Shown in pieces: positions 27,778 to 36,961 of a DNA stretch of 53,799 nucleotides. Position numbers and translations under genes: made by a program. Position 1 is the first letter of the stretch. Every line of letters begins with the position of its first letter. The DNA is from a virus (Duplodnaviria; Caudoviricetes). The notes under the pieces were generated by a model, which was not told where the DNA came from, made no database searches, and worked only from the letters and a program-made list of their open reading frames with translations. The stretch spans positions 1 to 53,799 of the IMG/VR virus record IMGVR_UViG_3300042988_002859; one strand, written 5' to 3'.

Positions 27778-28712
27778 CGCTGCTGCTTGAGAAGTGCGCG
27801 CTGTTTGGCTTCGGGCAGCGCATCGTATGCGGCCTCAAAATCCGGCCCGGTCAACCCGTCAAGCACCTGCTCAACGGTGCGCTCGGTCGCAGTGCCCGCA
27901 TTGGGCAGGCCCGACAGCGTGACCGGCGCGGCCGGCGGCTTGCGCTCTGGCACCTTGGCGCTGGCAGCGGGTTGCTGGGTTTGCTGCGGCTTGTCGGCTG
28001 CGCGCGACAGGGCCACGATGCGGTGGGCTGCTGCAGCCTGCTCGGCAAACGACTTCGTGGCGGTGCGCGGGCTGGCCTGCACGGCAGCCAATGCGGCGTC
28101 AAACTCGGCCACGGCGTCCAAGTCGGTGCCGTAGTCGATGCCGTCTCGCTTGGCGCCGGCAATCAGCGAGCCGATCACCTGAGCTTGGCTCTTGGCCTGA
28201 ACTTGCCCGCTGGCCTCGATCAGCGTTTCGGCACGGATGCGGGCAGCGTTGAGGGCGTCCAGCTGGTCAGACACCCGGTTGTCGATCTCGGCGTAATCCT
28301 CGGCGCTGATTTCGCCCTGCATCATCTTGCCCAGCGCGGTCGCACGCTCGGTGCGCAGTGCGGTTTTCTGGGCGTCGAAGTCGGCAGGCGCCTCGGCCTT
28401 GAATTGCAGCAACTGCAGCGGGTCGGCGGCCGGTGCGCCACCATTGGCAATCTCGGCCAAAGCCTCGGCGTCCAGCTCTTCGGATGCTGCGCCGGGTTGC
28501 TCGGTCTCGGCCGGCTTCTCGTGGCTTTGCTCGCCCGCTTGCTCACCGGTCGGAGCCTGCTCGGCGGCGGGTTGCTCGGCGGCTGCGGGTTCGGTGGTTT
28601 GCCCTGCTGATTCCGGCTCTTGGGTCTGCGTCGATTGACCAGCCTCAAAGGCTGCAATCTCGGCTTCGGCCATGGCGTCGAGTTCTGCGGCGGTGGTTGC
28701 TTCAATGGTCAT
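27774..28712 (-). CDS. Scaffolding protein
   Basis: Acidic low-complexity N-terminus, helical core, APVTLSGLP and short C-terminal helices; between portal and capsid. Confidence 0.8.
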   Translation of the reverse strand: MTIEATTAAELDAMAEAEIAAFEAGQSTQTQEPESAGQTTEPAAAEQPAAEQAPTGEQAGEQSHEKPAETEQPGAASEELDAEALAEIANGGAPAADPLQLLQFKAEAPADFDAQKTALRTERATALGKMMQGEISAEDYAEIDNRVSDQLDALNAARIRAETLIEASGQVQAKSQAQVIGSLIAGAKRDGIDYGTDLDAVAEFDAALAAVQASPRTATKSFAEQAAAAHRIVALSRAADKPQQTQQPAASAKVPERKPPAAPVTLSGLPNAGTATERTVEQVLDGLTGPDFEAAYDALPEAKQRALLKQQR

Positions 28713-28718
28713 CTTGGG

Positions 28719-28730
28719 TCACTCCTGCGA
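28719..28730 (-). promoter_or_regulatory. AGGA-loop hairpin containing the scaffold Shine-Dalgarno
   Basis: TCGC-AGGA-GTGA ending 6 nt before the ATG at 28712. Confidence 0.6.
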
Positions 28731-28743
28731 TGTGGTGGGTTGA

Positions 28744-28923
28744 TCAATCGTCGGTGTCGGACGCCACGGCGGCGACCTCGACCATCTTTTTCTTGGCCAG
28801 CTCTTGGGCCGCCTTCATGCGCTTGGGGTCTTTCTCGATTTCCCTGGCGCGAACAAGCGTGCGCAAGTCGTCTTCGGTCTGCCAGTCGTCGGCTGCTGCG
28901 ACCCCGAGTTTTTTGGTTGCCAT
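28744..28923 (-). CDS. Small hypothetical head-module protein (59 aa)
   Basis: WQTEDDLRTL.RA.EI..DPKRM; AGGAG RBS. Confidence 0.7.
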   Translation of the reverse strand: MATKKLGVAAADDWQTEDDLRTLVRAREIEKDPKRMKAAQELAKKKMVEVAAVASDTDD

Positions 28924-28943
28924 GGCGGTTCTCCTGTTGGTGA

Positions 28944-31076
28944 TCAAACGGTCTGCACGCCATCAGCGGCGGCAGTCTCAATGCCTGCCATTGCGCCGTC
29001 TGCCTGCTGCAGTTCGGGCAATGGCTGGGTCTGCTCCATGGGTTGCCCCATGGTTTGCTCTTGGGGCGCTGCGGCCGGGTCGGCCAACCCGGCCATGCTG
29101 CCGATGTCTTTGAAGCCCACGGCCTTGGCCAGCTCGTCGGCCATCGGTGCAATACCGGGCGCCATCGTGAGCACCTGGGCAGCTTGGGCGGCCATGTACA
29201 GGCTTTCCAAACGCTTGGCCATGGCCTCGGCTTCCAGCTTCTCGCCCTTGGCCTCGGCTTCGCGGATCGTGGCCTGCAGCTGTGCCATTTGGGCTTGGAA
29301 CTGCGCTTGAGCCACTTGCTGCTGTTGCTGCATGGCGGCTTGCTGTTCTGGTGTGAGTTCGGTGTCCTCGTCTCGCATGCCGGTGGCTCCGCGCACGCGC
29401 TGCAGCACCTTTTCCTTGTTGGGTAGGGTCGGGTGCATTTCAAACACCACGTCCAGCAAAGCCACCACCACTTGAGGCGCAGAGCCTGCGAGCTGGCCCA
29501 ACACCTGCATGAGCGAGTCGTACATGGCCTCGGCGTGAAACTGTTTCCAAGCCTGCTCACCCACCTGAAACTCGCTTTCGTCGGCGGCCATGTCGTTGAC
29601 AAAGCGGCCTTGCTCGGCGTCCCATTGATTGAGCGTGCTGAACTTGCGGGCTGGGCCTTTGCCGCTCACCGGTACCGCCAGTTCATGAAGCATGTACTGC
29701 TCTGCGGTGGCCAGCGTCAGCACACCCTCAAGCCCACGGGCGCGCAACAGGTTGTCGAAGATGGCGGTTGTGAGAATGGCGCCCTGCTCTGCTTTGAGTG
29801 CTCGGCTCTTGCCGCTCAGGCTGTCGGCTTGGGTTTCGCGGTTCTCAGGTGTGACGCCTGACATGCGGTGCATGGTGTCCATGTCGGTCTGAGCCAGCAT
29901 CATCATCTTCTGCACATCGCCGCCGTGCTCGATCTTTTGGACCCTGCCGCCAGAAATAGCGCCATCGGCGAAGATGGCAATGCCCATGGGGTCGCGCATT
30001 TCCTTCTCGATCTGCTCCAGCGTCATTTCCCCGATGGCGCCGGCCTCAATCCAGACCTGATTGACGTGGCTCAGGAACTTGGCCCGCATGAGGTGCGAAT
30101 TGAGCGAGTCTTGCACGTCCACCAGATCGCGGATCGGCGAGTAAGGCAAACCGGAGTCAATGTCGCGGTAGCACCAGACCGGCACAAACGGGAACTTGCC
30201 GTGTTTGTACGGCGATTTGCTCGTCACCAGAATGTCGTCGGCGGTGATGATCGTGCAGTTGATCTCCCACGAAACCGGGTCCACCAACCCACCAATGTGC
30301 TTGTCCGTGCGCTTGACTGGATCGCGAGTCCAGCACTCCACCAGCATCACCCGGTCACGGGTCGAGTACAGATCGGTGCCCACAAAGTAGGTCGATGCCT
30401 CGCTTGATGCGGTGTCGTTGCCACCCAGAATCGCGCTGGTGCCGCTCCAGTCGCCCAGCAAATGAGCGCCTGCGCCCTTTTGCGCCACTTTCTCCAGCTC
30501 GGCGGCCTTGTTCGGGAAAATGGCCTTGGCCACATCCAGATCAATGACCTTGGTGCGGAACAGATAGCGCCAGTCGTCGCCATCCATCGTGATGCCGCGC
30601 GAGTCGTGGAGCATGTTGCGCCAGTCCTCGGCCATCGACACCACCTTGGGCCCGCTCCTGTCCTGTCGGGTGGCCACTTCAAGCCAGCCCAGGCCGGTGA
30701 TGAATGCCTGATCGGTGGCCAGACTGCGCTCGAAACCCGTTTGATTGGTGTAGTCGAGCCACTTCATCAGCTCTTGCTTGGCCTGCGCGCTTTCCCGCGC
30801 CTCCTTACTGTCCTTGCGGGGCGCCACGGTGAAATCGACACGACCCCGGCGCTCGGTGCCTTTGAGGTACTCGATGATCGGGCGCACCATGTTGTTGGTC
30901 GCCGGCGACAAGCCCACGCTTTCGAGCTTTCGGCGGCGCTCCAGCGTGAATTGGTCGTTGTTGTAGTAGCGCACCCACTTCATGCGCTCCTGCCGGTTGA
31001 GGTGCTGGCGGTCCAGTTCCTCAAGGTACATGTTTTTCAGGCGCTGATGGCGCTCGGATTGGGCGGCTGTCGTCAT
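28944..31076 (-). CDS. Portal protein (P22-like)
   Basis: YYNNDQF, N..RPII, GLGWLEV, FPFVPVW, SGKS, Gln-rich C-terminal barrel. Confidence 0.92.
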   Translation of the reverse strand: MTTAAQSERHQRLKNMYLEELDRQHLNRQERMKWVRYYNNDQFTLERRRKLESVGLSPATNNMVRPIIEYLKGTERRGRVDFTVAPRKDSKEARESAQAKQELMKWLDYTNQTGFERSLATDQAFITGLGWLEVATRQDRSGPKVVSMAEDWRNMLHDSRGITMDGDDWRYLFRTKVIDLDVAKAIFPNKAAELEKVAQKGAGAHLLGDWSGTSAILGGNDTASSEASTYFVGTDLYSTRDRVMLVECWTRDPVKRTDKHIGGLVDPVSWEINCTIITADDILVTSKSPYKHGKFPFVPVWCYRDIDSGLPYSPIRDLVDVQDSLNSHLMRAKFLSHVNQVWIEAGAIGEMTLEQIEKEMRDPMGIAIFADGAISGGRVQKIEHGGDVQKMMMLAQTDMDTMHRMSGVTPENRETQADSLSGKSRALKAEQGAILTTAIFDNLLRARGLEGVLTLATAEQYMLHELAVPVSGKGPARKFSTLNQWDAEQGRFVNDMAADESEFQVGEQAWKQFHAEAMYDSLMQVLGQLAGSAPQVVVALLDVVFEMHPTLPNKEKVLQRVRGATGMRDEDTELTPEQQAAMQQQQQVAQAQFQAQMAQLQATIREAEAKGEKLEAEAMAKRLESLYMAAQAAQVLTMAPGIAPMADELAKAVGFKDIGSMAGLADPAAAPQEQTMGQPMEQTQPLPELQQADGAMAGIETAAADGVQTV

Positions 31077-31597
31077 ACCAGCGCCTCCACAGTCTGATTG
31101 CCACGGGTTGCGGTGACCTCAAACGTGTCTTTGCCCCCGGTGACGATCTTTTTGCGCACCTCGGGCTTGGCCGCTGGCTGGTAGACCATCTCGATCATTG
31201 CCCTCAGCACCAGGTCAATGTAGTTCTTGACGGCTGTGCGGTCATCGGCTGTGTAGCCCATGAGCTGCACCGACTGCGTGGCGTCCCAAATGAAATCGCG
31301 GGTGCAACTGCCGGTCGGGTTGTCGTCTTTGTCGAACTGCAGGATGAAAGGCCGGTCGGCTTCGCGGTAGCAGCGCGGTTGATACTCACTCTGCACGGTG
31401 CCGGCGTGGGCGTTGAGCACGATGCCTTCGCGCGGCCGGCCGATGATGCAAACCCGCTGGGCCTTGGCGCTGCCCGGAAGAACCGCCCACTCCAGCGAAG
31501 CGACAAAGCCGCCTTGCTGAAACGACTTCCACGAGTCGGCGCCATTCCATTCCAGCAGGCATTGCCCTGCACTGTTCAAGATTTCTGTTTTTCGCAT
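31073..31597 (-). CDS. Hypothetical protein between terminase and portal
   Basis: 174 aa, GGAG RBS, ATGA overlap with the portal. Confidence 0.7.
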   Translation of the reverse strand: MRKTEILNSAGQCLLEWNGADSWKSFQQGGFVASLEWAVLPGSAKAQRVCIIGRPREGIVLNAHAGTVQSEYQPRCYREADRPFILQFDKDDNPTGSCTRDFIWDATQSVQLMGYTADDRTAVKNYIDLVLRAMIEMVYQPAAKPEVRKKIVTGGKDTFEVTATRGNQTVEALV

Positions 31598-31600
31598 GGG

Positions 31601-33118
31601 TTATCTCCAGCCAAACCGCTCGCGGCCGGCGAAATTGCTGAGTGAGTCGGTGGCTCCGGCTGGCGTCGGCCGCTGCGCCCACTGCCTGAATGCGTCGGCG
31701 CCGTTCGATGCCCAGTTGTGATAGGGCTCAGCGCTCCACATGCCGCGCTTCTCGTCCCAGATGTACTGATAGGCGTCCAACGCCTTGATGCCTTGGGCGC
31801 ACTTCACGCTGCAGATGCGCGCGCCCTTCTTCATGGCGTCGCGGGTCAGATCAATGCCGATGGAGCACTCAGAGACTCGCGGAACAATCTCCACGCCCTT
31901 GACGCCCAGCTTTTTGGTCAGGATGGAAAACGCCGACTCGATTTCTTCGCCCTGGCGCTCGGCGTTGCCGTCGTGAGGAAGCCAGTGCTTGCCCCAGCGC
32001 TCGAAACCGTGCTCGGCCTTGAAGTCCTCCAGTTGCTGCGACCACTTGCGCAAACCCACATGGCTGTCGCTCATGTAGCCAATGAAGTGGTGCCAGTGGC
32101 CAATCTGCTGATGCAACCAGATCGCGGTAAGGTCGTTTGAGCCCAAGTCCCAAAAGGTGTTGACTGGCTCCAGCGGGTCGATTGGCAACTCAACGATGCG
32201 GCCATGCTCGCGCATGAACGTCATTTCCTCGCCGTAGATCGCGCCCTCCACTGCCTGCTCGAAGGCCTCTTTTGGTGTGGACGGGTACTCGCGCTTCATG
32301 TCGCGGCCCAGCGTCTCGCGCTTCTTGACGTACCACGCCTTTTGCTCTGGCGTCAGCGTGATGCCGGCCTCAATCTCCAGCTTGCGGAAATACTTGGCGT
32401 CTGCTTCGCCGATGTGCACACCATCGGCACCCATGCGGTAATCGGCGCTGCGGTACCAAGGGAAAAAGTGCAGCCGGAAATCCAATGGGCTGAGCTTTTC
32501 CTTGGCCTCCTGCTTCTTGAGTGCGGCGTCTGTCAGCTCGTAGAACGCCCCCGCCGCACCTTCGGCGGTGGACTCCACCACGATGATCCCGCCTTCAAGC
32601 GGGACGGCTTCAAAAGCGCCGGTCACGATCTCTCGGGCTTTCTCGGGGTACTTGCGGGCAATCTTGCCCATTTCCGAGACGTGCAGCAGTTGCAAAGTGC
32701 CGCCTCGCGCGCTGGTGCCCACCGAGAAAGATGACCCGTTTGCCCAGATCATTTCTGTGTCTGTGCGCTTTGCCAGCGGCTTGGCCTGCTTGATGGCCTC
32801 GGGCAACCTGTCATAGGCGAAGCAGGCTTTGCGAAACAGCTTCATCGCGTTGGGCAGCGTGTCGGCAATCACACCAGCCGCGAAGTTGTCATTGAACAGG
32901 CATTGATCCAGCCCAAGGATTTGCATCAACGTCGAAAAGCCCAACTGACGGGCTTTCAGAATGTCGTTGCGGGTGTGCAGGAAGTCGTAAAGCGCCCGCT
33001 GTTCCGGGTTTGGCTGGAATGGCACAGGCCGCCCAGCCTTGTCAACGATCCAATACAGGTTCTCAATCCGCCACCACGGATCGGCAAGCGCCTGCATGAG
33101 GTCGCTCTCTCGCATCAT
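31601..33118 (-). CDS. terL: Terminase large subunit
   Basis: ILKARQLGFST, LHVSE, VESTAEG, FWDLG, HNWASNGADAFR. Confidence 0.96.
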   Translation of the reverse strand: MMRESDLMQALADPWWRIENLYWIVDKAGRPVPFQPNPEQRALYDFLHTRNDILKARQLGFSTLMQILGLDQCLFNDNFAAGVIADTLPNAMKLFRKACFAYDRLPEAIKQAKPLAKRTDTEMIWANGSSFSVGTSARGGTLQLLHVSEMGKIARKYPEKAREIVTGAFEAVPLEGGIIVVESTAEGAAGAFYELTDAALKKQEAKEKLSPLDFRLHFFPWYRSADYRMGADGVHIGEADAKYFRKLEIEAGITLTPEQKAWYVKKRETLGRDMKREYPSTPKEAFEQAVEGAIYGEEMTFMREHGRIVELPIDPLEPVNTFWDLGSNDLTAIWLHQQIGHWHHFIGYMSDSHVGLRKWSQQLEDFKAEHGFERWGKHWLPHDGNAERQGEEIESAFSILTKKLGVKGVEIVPRVSECSIGIDLTRDAMKKGARICSVKCAQGIKALDAYQYIWDEKRGMWSAEPYHNWASNGADAFRQWAQRPTPAGATDSLSNFAGRERFGWR

Positions 33119-33729
33119 TGGCCGTCACCCCTCACAGGCAAGCGGCTGCCACGCGATGAAAGCTCGGCCAGCAGGTCGGCGACTGGGTTGCTGGGCGGCG
33201 TAGCTGGCTCGTCGTCAATGCGATAGGCCTTGCGCTCCTGCTCAATCAGGATCTTTTCGGTCCGTGCTGCCGCCTCAACAGCCGACACCAGTGACCCAGC
33301 CTCGCGCACATCGGCCACCATTTCGGTCATTGCAACCAGCTTTTGACGCGCCCTATCTGCATCCTCTGCAAGCGCCTGCAACCGCTGTCGGTGCTTCAGG
33401 ATGATCTGCGCATTGATCTCGGCAGCCGCCAAAACGGTATTGGCAACAGCCTGTCCACCCTTGGCAATCTCGCTGTCAACCAGTTTGGCAACCAATTTGG
33501 CGTTTGTCGCCTGCTTGATCTGCTCGCCTAGGTCTTGTGTCCACCCATGCACTTTTGAGCGCTTGGCGATGGCTTGGTGCGAAGGTCCGTGCTTCTCCGC
33601 CAGCTCCCGCAGCGTGAACTTCCCCGTCCGATAGTCACGCTCGACAGCATCCCAGTCCACTTTTCGGCGTCCTGGTGCTGGGCTTTGTGACTTTTGTGAT
33701 GGGGCGGCGCTCTTGCGCTTCGCGGACAT
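33115..33729 (-). CDS. terS: Terminase small subunit
   Basis: DWDAVERDYRTG..LRELAEKHG HTH, ERKAY; directly upstream of terL. Confidence 0.85.
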   Translation of the reverse strand: MSAKRKSAAPSQKSQSPAPGRRKVDWDAVERDYRTGKFTLRELAEKHGPSHQAIAKRSKVHGWTQDLGEQIKQATNAKLVAKLVDSEIAKGGQAVANTVLAAAEINAQIILKHRQRLQALAEDADRARQKLVAMTEMVADVREAGSLVSAVEAAARTEKILIEQERKAYRIDDEPATPPSNPVADLLAELSSRGSRLPVRGDGQ

Positions 33730-33822
33730 TGGGGCTCGACCTTGTGCAAAAAGCCCTCGAGGGCTTGCGGCCCACGGGGAAATTGGAGACAACTGCAAGT
33801 GCCGTGAAGCGCTCGCTCAGTT

Positions 33823-33857
33823 ATTGCAATACTTTTTGTGTCGGAGTCAATGGCGAT
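33823..33857 (-). promoter_or_regulatory. Putative late promoter for the packaging/head operon
   Basis: ATCGCCA-TTGACT-CCGA, 16-nt spacer, TGCAAT; intergenic, upstream of terS. Confidence 0.75.
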
Positions 33858-33861
33858 TCGA

Positions 33862-34077
33862 TCAATTAACCCAAAATCGTGGGCGCTGGTGTGCTTGGTC
33901 CCACTGAATCCGGCCCATTGAGGCCAAAAACCGGATGCGTGCCCGGGCCTTTATTTTGGCTCTGCGGGCGGCCTGGAACACCTCGGAGGCGGCTTCTATT
34001 TCGCGCTCGGTGAGTGGTTGACTGGTGGCGGCAAGTGTTTGGGCGATGGCGTGATCAAGTGCGTCGGTCTTTGTCAT
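33862..34077 (-). CDS. Small winged-helix-like protein
   Basis: 71 aa, PLTEREI..ARIRFLASMGRI; ATGA coupling. Confidence 0.55.
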   Translation of the reverse strand: MTKTDALDHAIAQTLAATSQPLTEREIEAASEVFQAARRAKIKARARIRFLASMGRIQWDQAHQRPRFWVN

Positions 34078-34385
34078 GACTCCCCCGCGGTTGTGGCGAC
34101 GCGCCGGAAGTGATCTGGATGGCAGCGCCCATCTTGTTGGGCTTGAGCGGCGCGCTCCGTCAGACAGTCTTTGCAAAAATCAAAATTCGGGTTGTAAACG
34201 GGGTGGCCATCGGGCATGAGGATGAACGCCTTGCGCCGATTGCGCTTGTCGTCGTGCCCGCTGCTGGTGAGGTATTCGGCGGCGCTGGTCAGGTACTCGC
34301 GCCAAATGTGCCCGCTGTGGAAACATGGCGGCGGCGGAGGGGCACTGTCGGCTATGGCGTCGGCTACGTTGATGCGGGGTTTCAT
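34074..34385 (-). CDS. Hypothetical Cys-containing protein
   Basis: 103 aa, CF..FCKDC..RC; coupled at both ends. Confidence 0.65.
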   Translation of the reverse strand: MKPRINVADAIADSAPPPPPCFHSGHIWREYLTSAAEYLTSSGHDDKRNRRKAFILMPDGHPVYNPNFDFCKDCLTERAAQAQQDGRCHPDHFRRVATTAGES

Positions 34386-34837
34386 TCTTCAGTCCACCTC
34401 GGCAGGTTTTTTGGCCACAGACCCATGGTTTTGATCTGGCGTCTTGTTTGCTCAGCCCATTGCGCACCCATGGCGCGGTGGTCCTCGCGCTTCGGGAACA
34501 GGGTGTAGCGGTCAAAGCGGCTGTGACAGCCCAGCAGGCCGTAGCCGTCTGCGCACAGGGGCATGGCGTCGCGGTCGTCGTTCTTCATGCCCTTCGCCTT
34601 GCCGGCGTTGGTGTGTGCGTGCTGGCTGCGCCCCTGCAATCCGCAGTGGATGCAGGGCAGCGCGGCGACAAGGCGGCGGTAGGCTTCGGAGCGCACCAGC
34701 TCGGTCTTGGGTACCGCCCGCACCTGTTGTGCGGAAGCGGCGTAGCTCACCTGGCGGCGCAGGTGCTCGGGGATTGGTTGGTGCACCGTGCGCTTGCGCT
34801 CGATCTGCGGGCGCCGGAATGCGGAGCGGGTCAGCAC
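34382..34837 (-). CDS. DUF968/YbcO-like zinc-binding putative nuclease
   Basis: RSEAYRRLVAALPCIHCG..AH..GMK.DD..MPLC..CH; GTG start at 34837. Confidence 0.75.
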   Translation of the reverse strand: MLTRSAFRRPQIERKRTVHQPIPEHLRRQVSYAASAQQVRAVPKTELVRSEAYRRLVAALPCIHCGLQGRSQHAHTNAGKAKGMKNDDRDAMPLCADGYGLLGCHSRFDRYTLFPKREDHRAMGAQWAEQTRRQIKTMGLWPKNLPRWTEE

Positions 34838-35334
34838 GTCTCTGGCCTCCGGCTCCTGGCGTACACCAACTCCCCGGTTTCCGGGTCTGGCACGCGATCG
34901 GCAAATGTCACGCCATGCGCTGCGCCAAAGGCGTACAGCCAATCAACGAAGGCCGTGGACAGCTTGCGGGTGAAATGGCGGCTTTGGATGCCCAGCAACA
35001 CCACTTCGCCGCGCAGCCCCCGGCCCATACGGGTGTCGCCGAACCTGGCCCATTCGTCGGCCAAGTCGGTGCGGGTGTCAATGCGGAATGCGCTGATGAG
35101 GATGCGTTTGGCGTCGTCGGCATCAGCCAGATCGCCGCCCACCTGTTTGGAAATCTCGCCAATCATGGCGTGGTAGCGCTGCTCGGCTTCCCGGCTTTTG
35201 CTTTGCTCCACCACCCTGATCGCCATGCGGTTTCCAGCCACGGCATGGGCTTTGACCAGGCGCCACACCGGGCCGCTCACAAGCTTGTGGGCCTCGATGG
35301 GGTTGGGCGGGATGTTGAATGTGGATTGGGTCAT
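34831..35334 (-). CDS. ninB: NinB/Orf family recombination protein
   Basis: YHAMIGEISKQ, GEVVLLG.QS, WLYAFGA.HGV.F. Confidence 0.85.
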   Translation of the reverse strand: MTQSTFNIPPNPIEAHKLVSGPVWRLVKAHAVAGNRMAIRVVEQSKSREAEQRYHAMIGEISKQVGGDLADADDAKRILISAFRIDTRTDLADEWARFGDTRMGRGLRGEVVLLGIQSRHFTRKLSTAFVDWLYAFGAAHGVTFADRVPDPETGELVYARSRRPETC

Positions 35335-35561
35335 GCGACCTCCCCCGGCTCCAGGTCAAGCGCCATCTGCGCACCGTCCGGCTTTGCTTTGCGTCCGCGC
35401 ACCTTGCCCACCCTGCCGCTTGGCTTGCGCTCCAGTGGCAGCATGGGAATACCGACTTTGGCCACGCACTTGGGGCCGTAATTGCCGGTGCGGCCACCGC
35501 GCTCCAGGGTGGAGGCCGGTGCGATCAAAGGGCGTCGGCAGGCAATACAGCGCAGGGTCAT
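35331..35561 (-). CDS. Small zinc-finger protein (DUF6011-like)
   Basis: CIACRRPL...GPKC; ATGA coupling at both ends. Confidence 0.65.
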   Translation of the reverse strand: MTLRCIACRRPLIAPASTLERGGRTGNYGPKCVAKVGIPMLPLERKPSGRVGKVRGRKAKPDGAQMALDLEPGEVA

Positions 35562-35920
35562 GCGGCCACCATTACCCGTACAAATCCACCCACACCCACA
35601 CCCTTCTGGATCGTCAGGCTCCAGTGCTTGTCGTCGACCCCAAGCACGTCGGCCAGCCCATCGAGGCCAGCTTTCATGCGCGCCAGTGCGTTGTCCAGAT
35701 CGAACTCTCGGCGCGTGGGCGCGTAAAACGTCAGCGTCAGGTGCAGTGCATCGGCACCCAATGGGCGTGCGCCTTGCTGGCGGGCAACGACGGCGCACGC
35801 CTCGCGGTAGGTTTTTTTGGCCTTGGCCAACACCGCCCAGTGCAGGCGAGCGTTTGGGCTTAGCGTCGTGGGTGGCCACGGTAGGGTGATCTCGATCTTG
35901 GGGGTTTTGTGAGTGGTCAT
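35558..35920 (-). CDS. rusA: RusA-like Holliday junction resolvase
   Basis: LPWPP..LSPN, DLDNALARMKAGLDG.AD..GVDD. Confidence 0.85.
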   Translation of the reverse strand: MTTHKTPKIEITLPWPPTTLSPNARLHWAVLAKAKKTYREACAVVARQQGARPLGADALHLTLTFYAPTRREFDLDNALARMKAGLDGLADVLGVDDKHWSLTIQKGVGVGGFVRVMVAA

Positions 35921-35960
35921 GCAACCTCCACGCGCAACACGTAACCAACCTCCGCCCAAC

Positions 35961-36209
35961 TCAAGGGTGTCTCATCGATTCCGGGGCCGCGCACCCCGAC
36001 ACCTCGTCCGGGCCAGTCATGGCAGACTGCAGGTCGTCGGCAATGCCCTTGAAGTAGCCCGAACTCTCGGCGTCCAGCTTTTTGGCGTAGTCCCACACCC
36101 AAGATTTCCAGCCCGGGGTCTTGGCCAGCTCGATCAAGTGCGCCAGCGTGTGCGGGTATGTCCCAGGCTTGCCGGGTTGTGCTGATGACTCGGTAGGCTT
36201 GCATGTCAT
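35961..36209 (-). CDS. Hypothetical protein
   Basis: 82 aa, ATGA overlap with the DnaC-like gene. Confidence 0.6.
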   Translation of the reverse strand: MTCKPTESSAQPGKPGTYPHTLAHLIELAKTPGWKSWVWDYAKKLDAESSGYFKGIADDLQSAMTGPDEVSGCAAPESMRHP

Positions 36210-36961
36210 GCCCTCCCCCGGTAGCTGTCCCAGCCAAAGCCCACGGCCTCGCCGCCGTCCTCGCGCAGACGGTCAAACACTCGTTCGCCCAGGTATGCCC
36301 GCACCTCGTCCCGCTCCAAGTTGGACAGCAGCAGGGTGGGGCGGCGCTCCTCGTAGCGCTCGTTGAGGATGTCGAACAGCAGGTGCTTCTCAAAATCGCT
36401 GCCCGACTGCACGCCCACTTCGTCCAAGATCAGCAAATCAGGCTGCACCAGCGTGGCCACGGCCTGGCTCTCGGTTTCGTGGCTGCCGCGGCTCCAGGTG
36501 TCGCGCACCCGGCGAATCGCACGCTGCACCGTGGTGAAAAGCACAGGGCGGCGCTTGCCCAGCAAGTGCATGCCAATCCCAACAGCCAGGTGCGTCTTGC
36601 CAGTGCCGGGCTTGCCGATGAACAACAGGCTGCGGCCAGTCTTGATGGCGCGGGCATCGAAGCTCTCGGCGTAATCCCGGGCAATGGCCAGGGCTTGGCG
36701 TTGGGCCTCGTTCTCGGCTTTGAAGTTGTCCAGGGTTCGGTCTTGAAAGCGCGCGGAAATGCCAGCGCCGCCGATCCGCTTGTGCCAAGCGGCCAGACGG
36801 GCCTCGCGCTCGGCAGCCTCAGCGCGTTCACGTCCACGCGCTTCACGATCGGCCATGCAGGCCGGGCACTGAGACCAGACGTTGCGAATCCAGTTGCGGG
36901 CGATGTATTCGCCGTGCACGTTGCAGCGGTCGGTGCGGATCTTGATGTCGGCCAGGTTCAC
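36206..36961 (-). CDS. DnaC/IstB-like ATPase (helicase loader)
   Basis: C..HG..CPAC zinc motif, GKPGTGKT, LILDEVG, GERVFDRL. Confidence 0.93.
   Translation of the reverse strand: MNLADIKIRTDRCNVHGEYIARNWIRNVWSQCPACMADREARGRERAEAAEREARLAAWHKRIGGAGISARFQDRTLDNFKAENEAQRQALAIARDYAESFDARAIKTGRSLLFIGKPGTGKTHLAVGIGMHLLGKRRPVLFTTVQRAIRRVRDTWSRGSHETESQAVATLVQPDLLILDEVGVQSGSDFEKHLLFDILNERYEERRPTLLLSNLERDEVRAYLGERVFDRLREDGGEAVGFGWDSYRGRA

Noticed and set aside
30152-30162. Partial late-promoter motif CATTGACTCCG in the portal gene
   Set aside because: Lacks the conserved flanks and a plausible -10; explained by Asp-Ile-Asp-Ser codons
35917-36393. 158-aa alternative-frame ORF
   Set aside because: Overlaps the DnaC-like gene and the better-supported 35961-36209 ORF; no motifs, although its stop does overlap the rusA start
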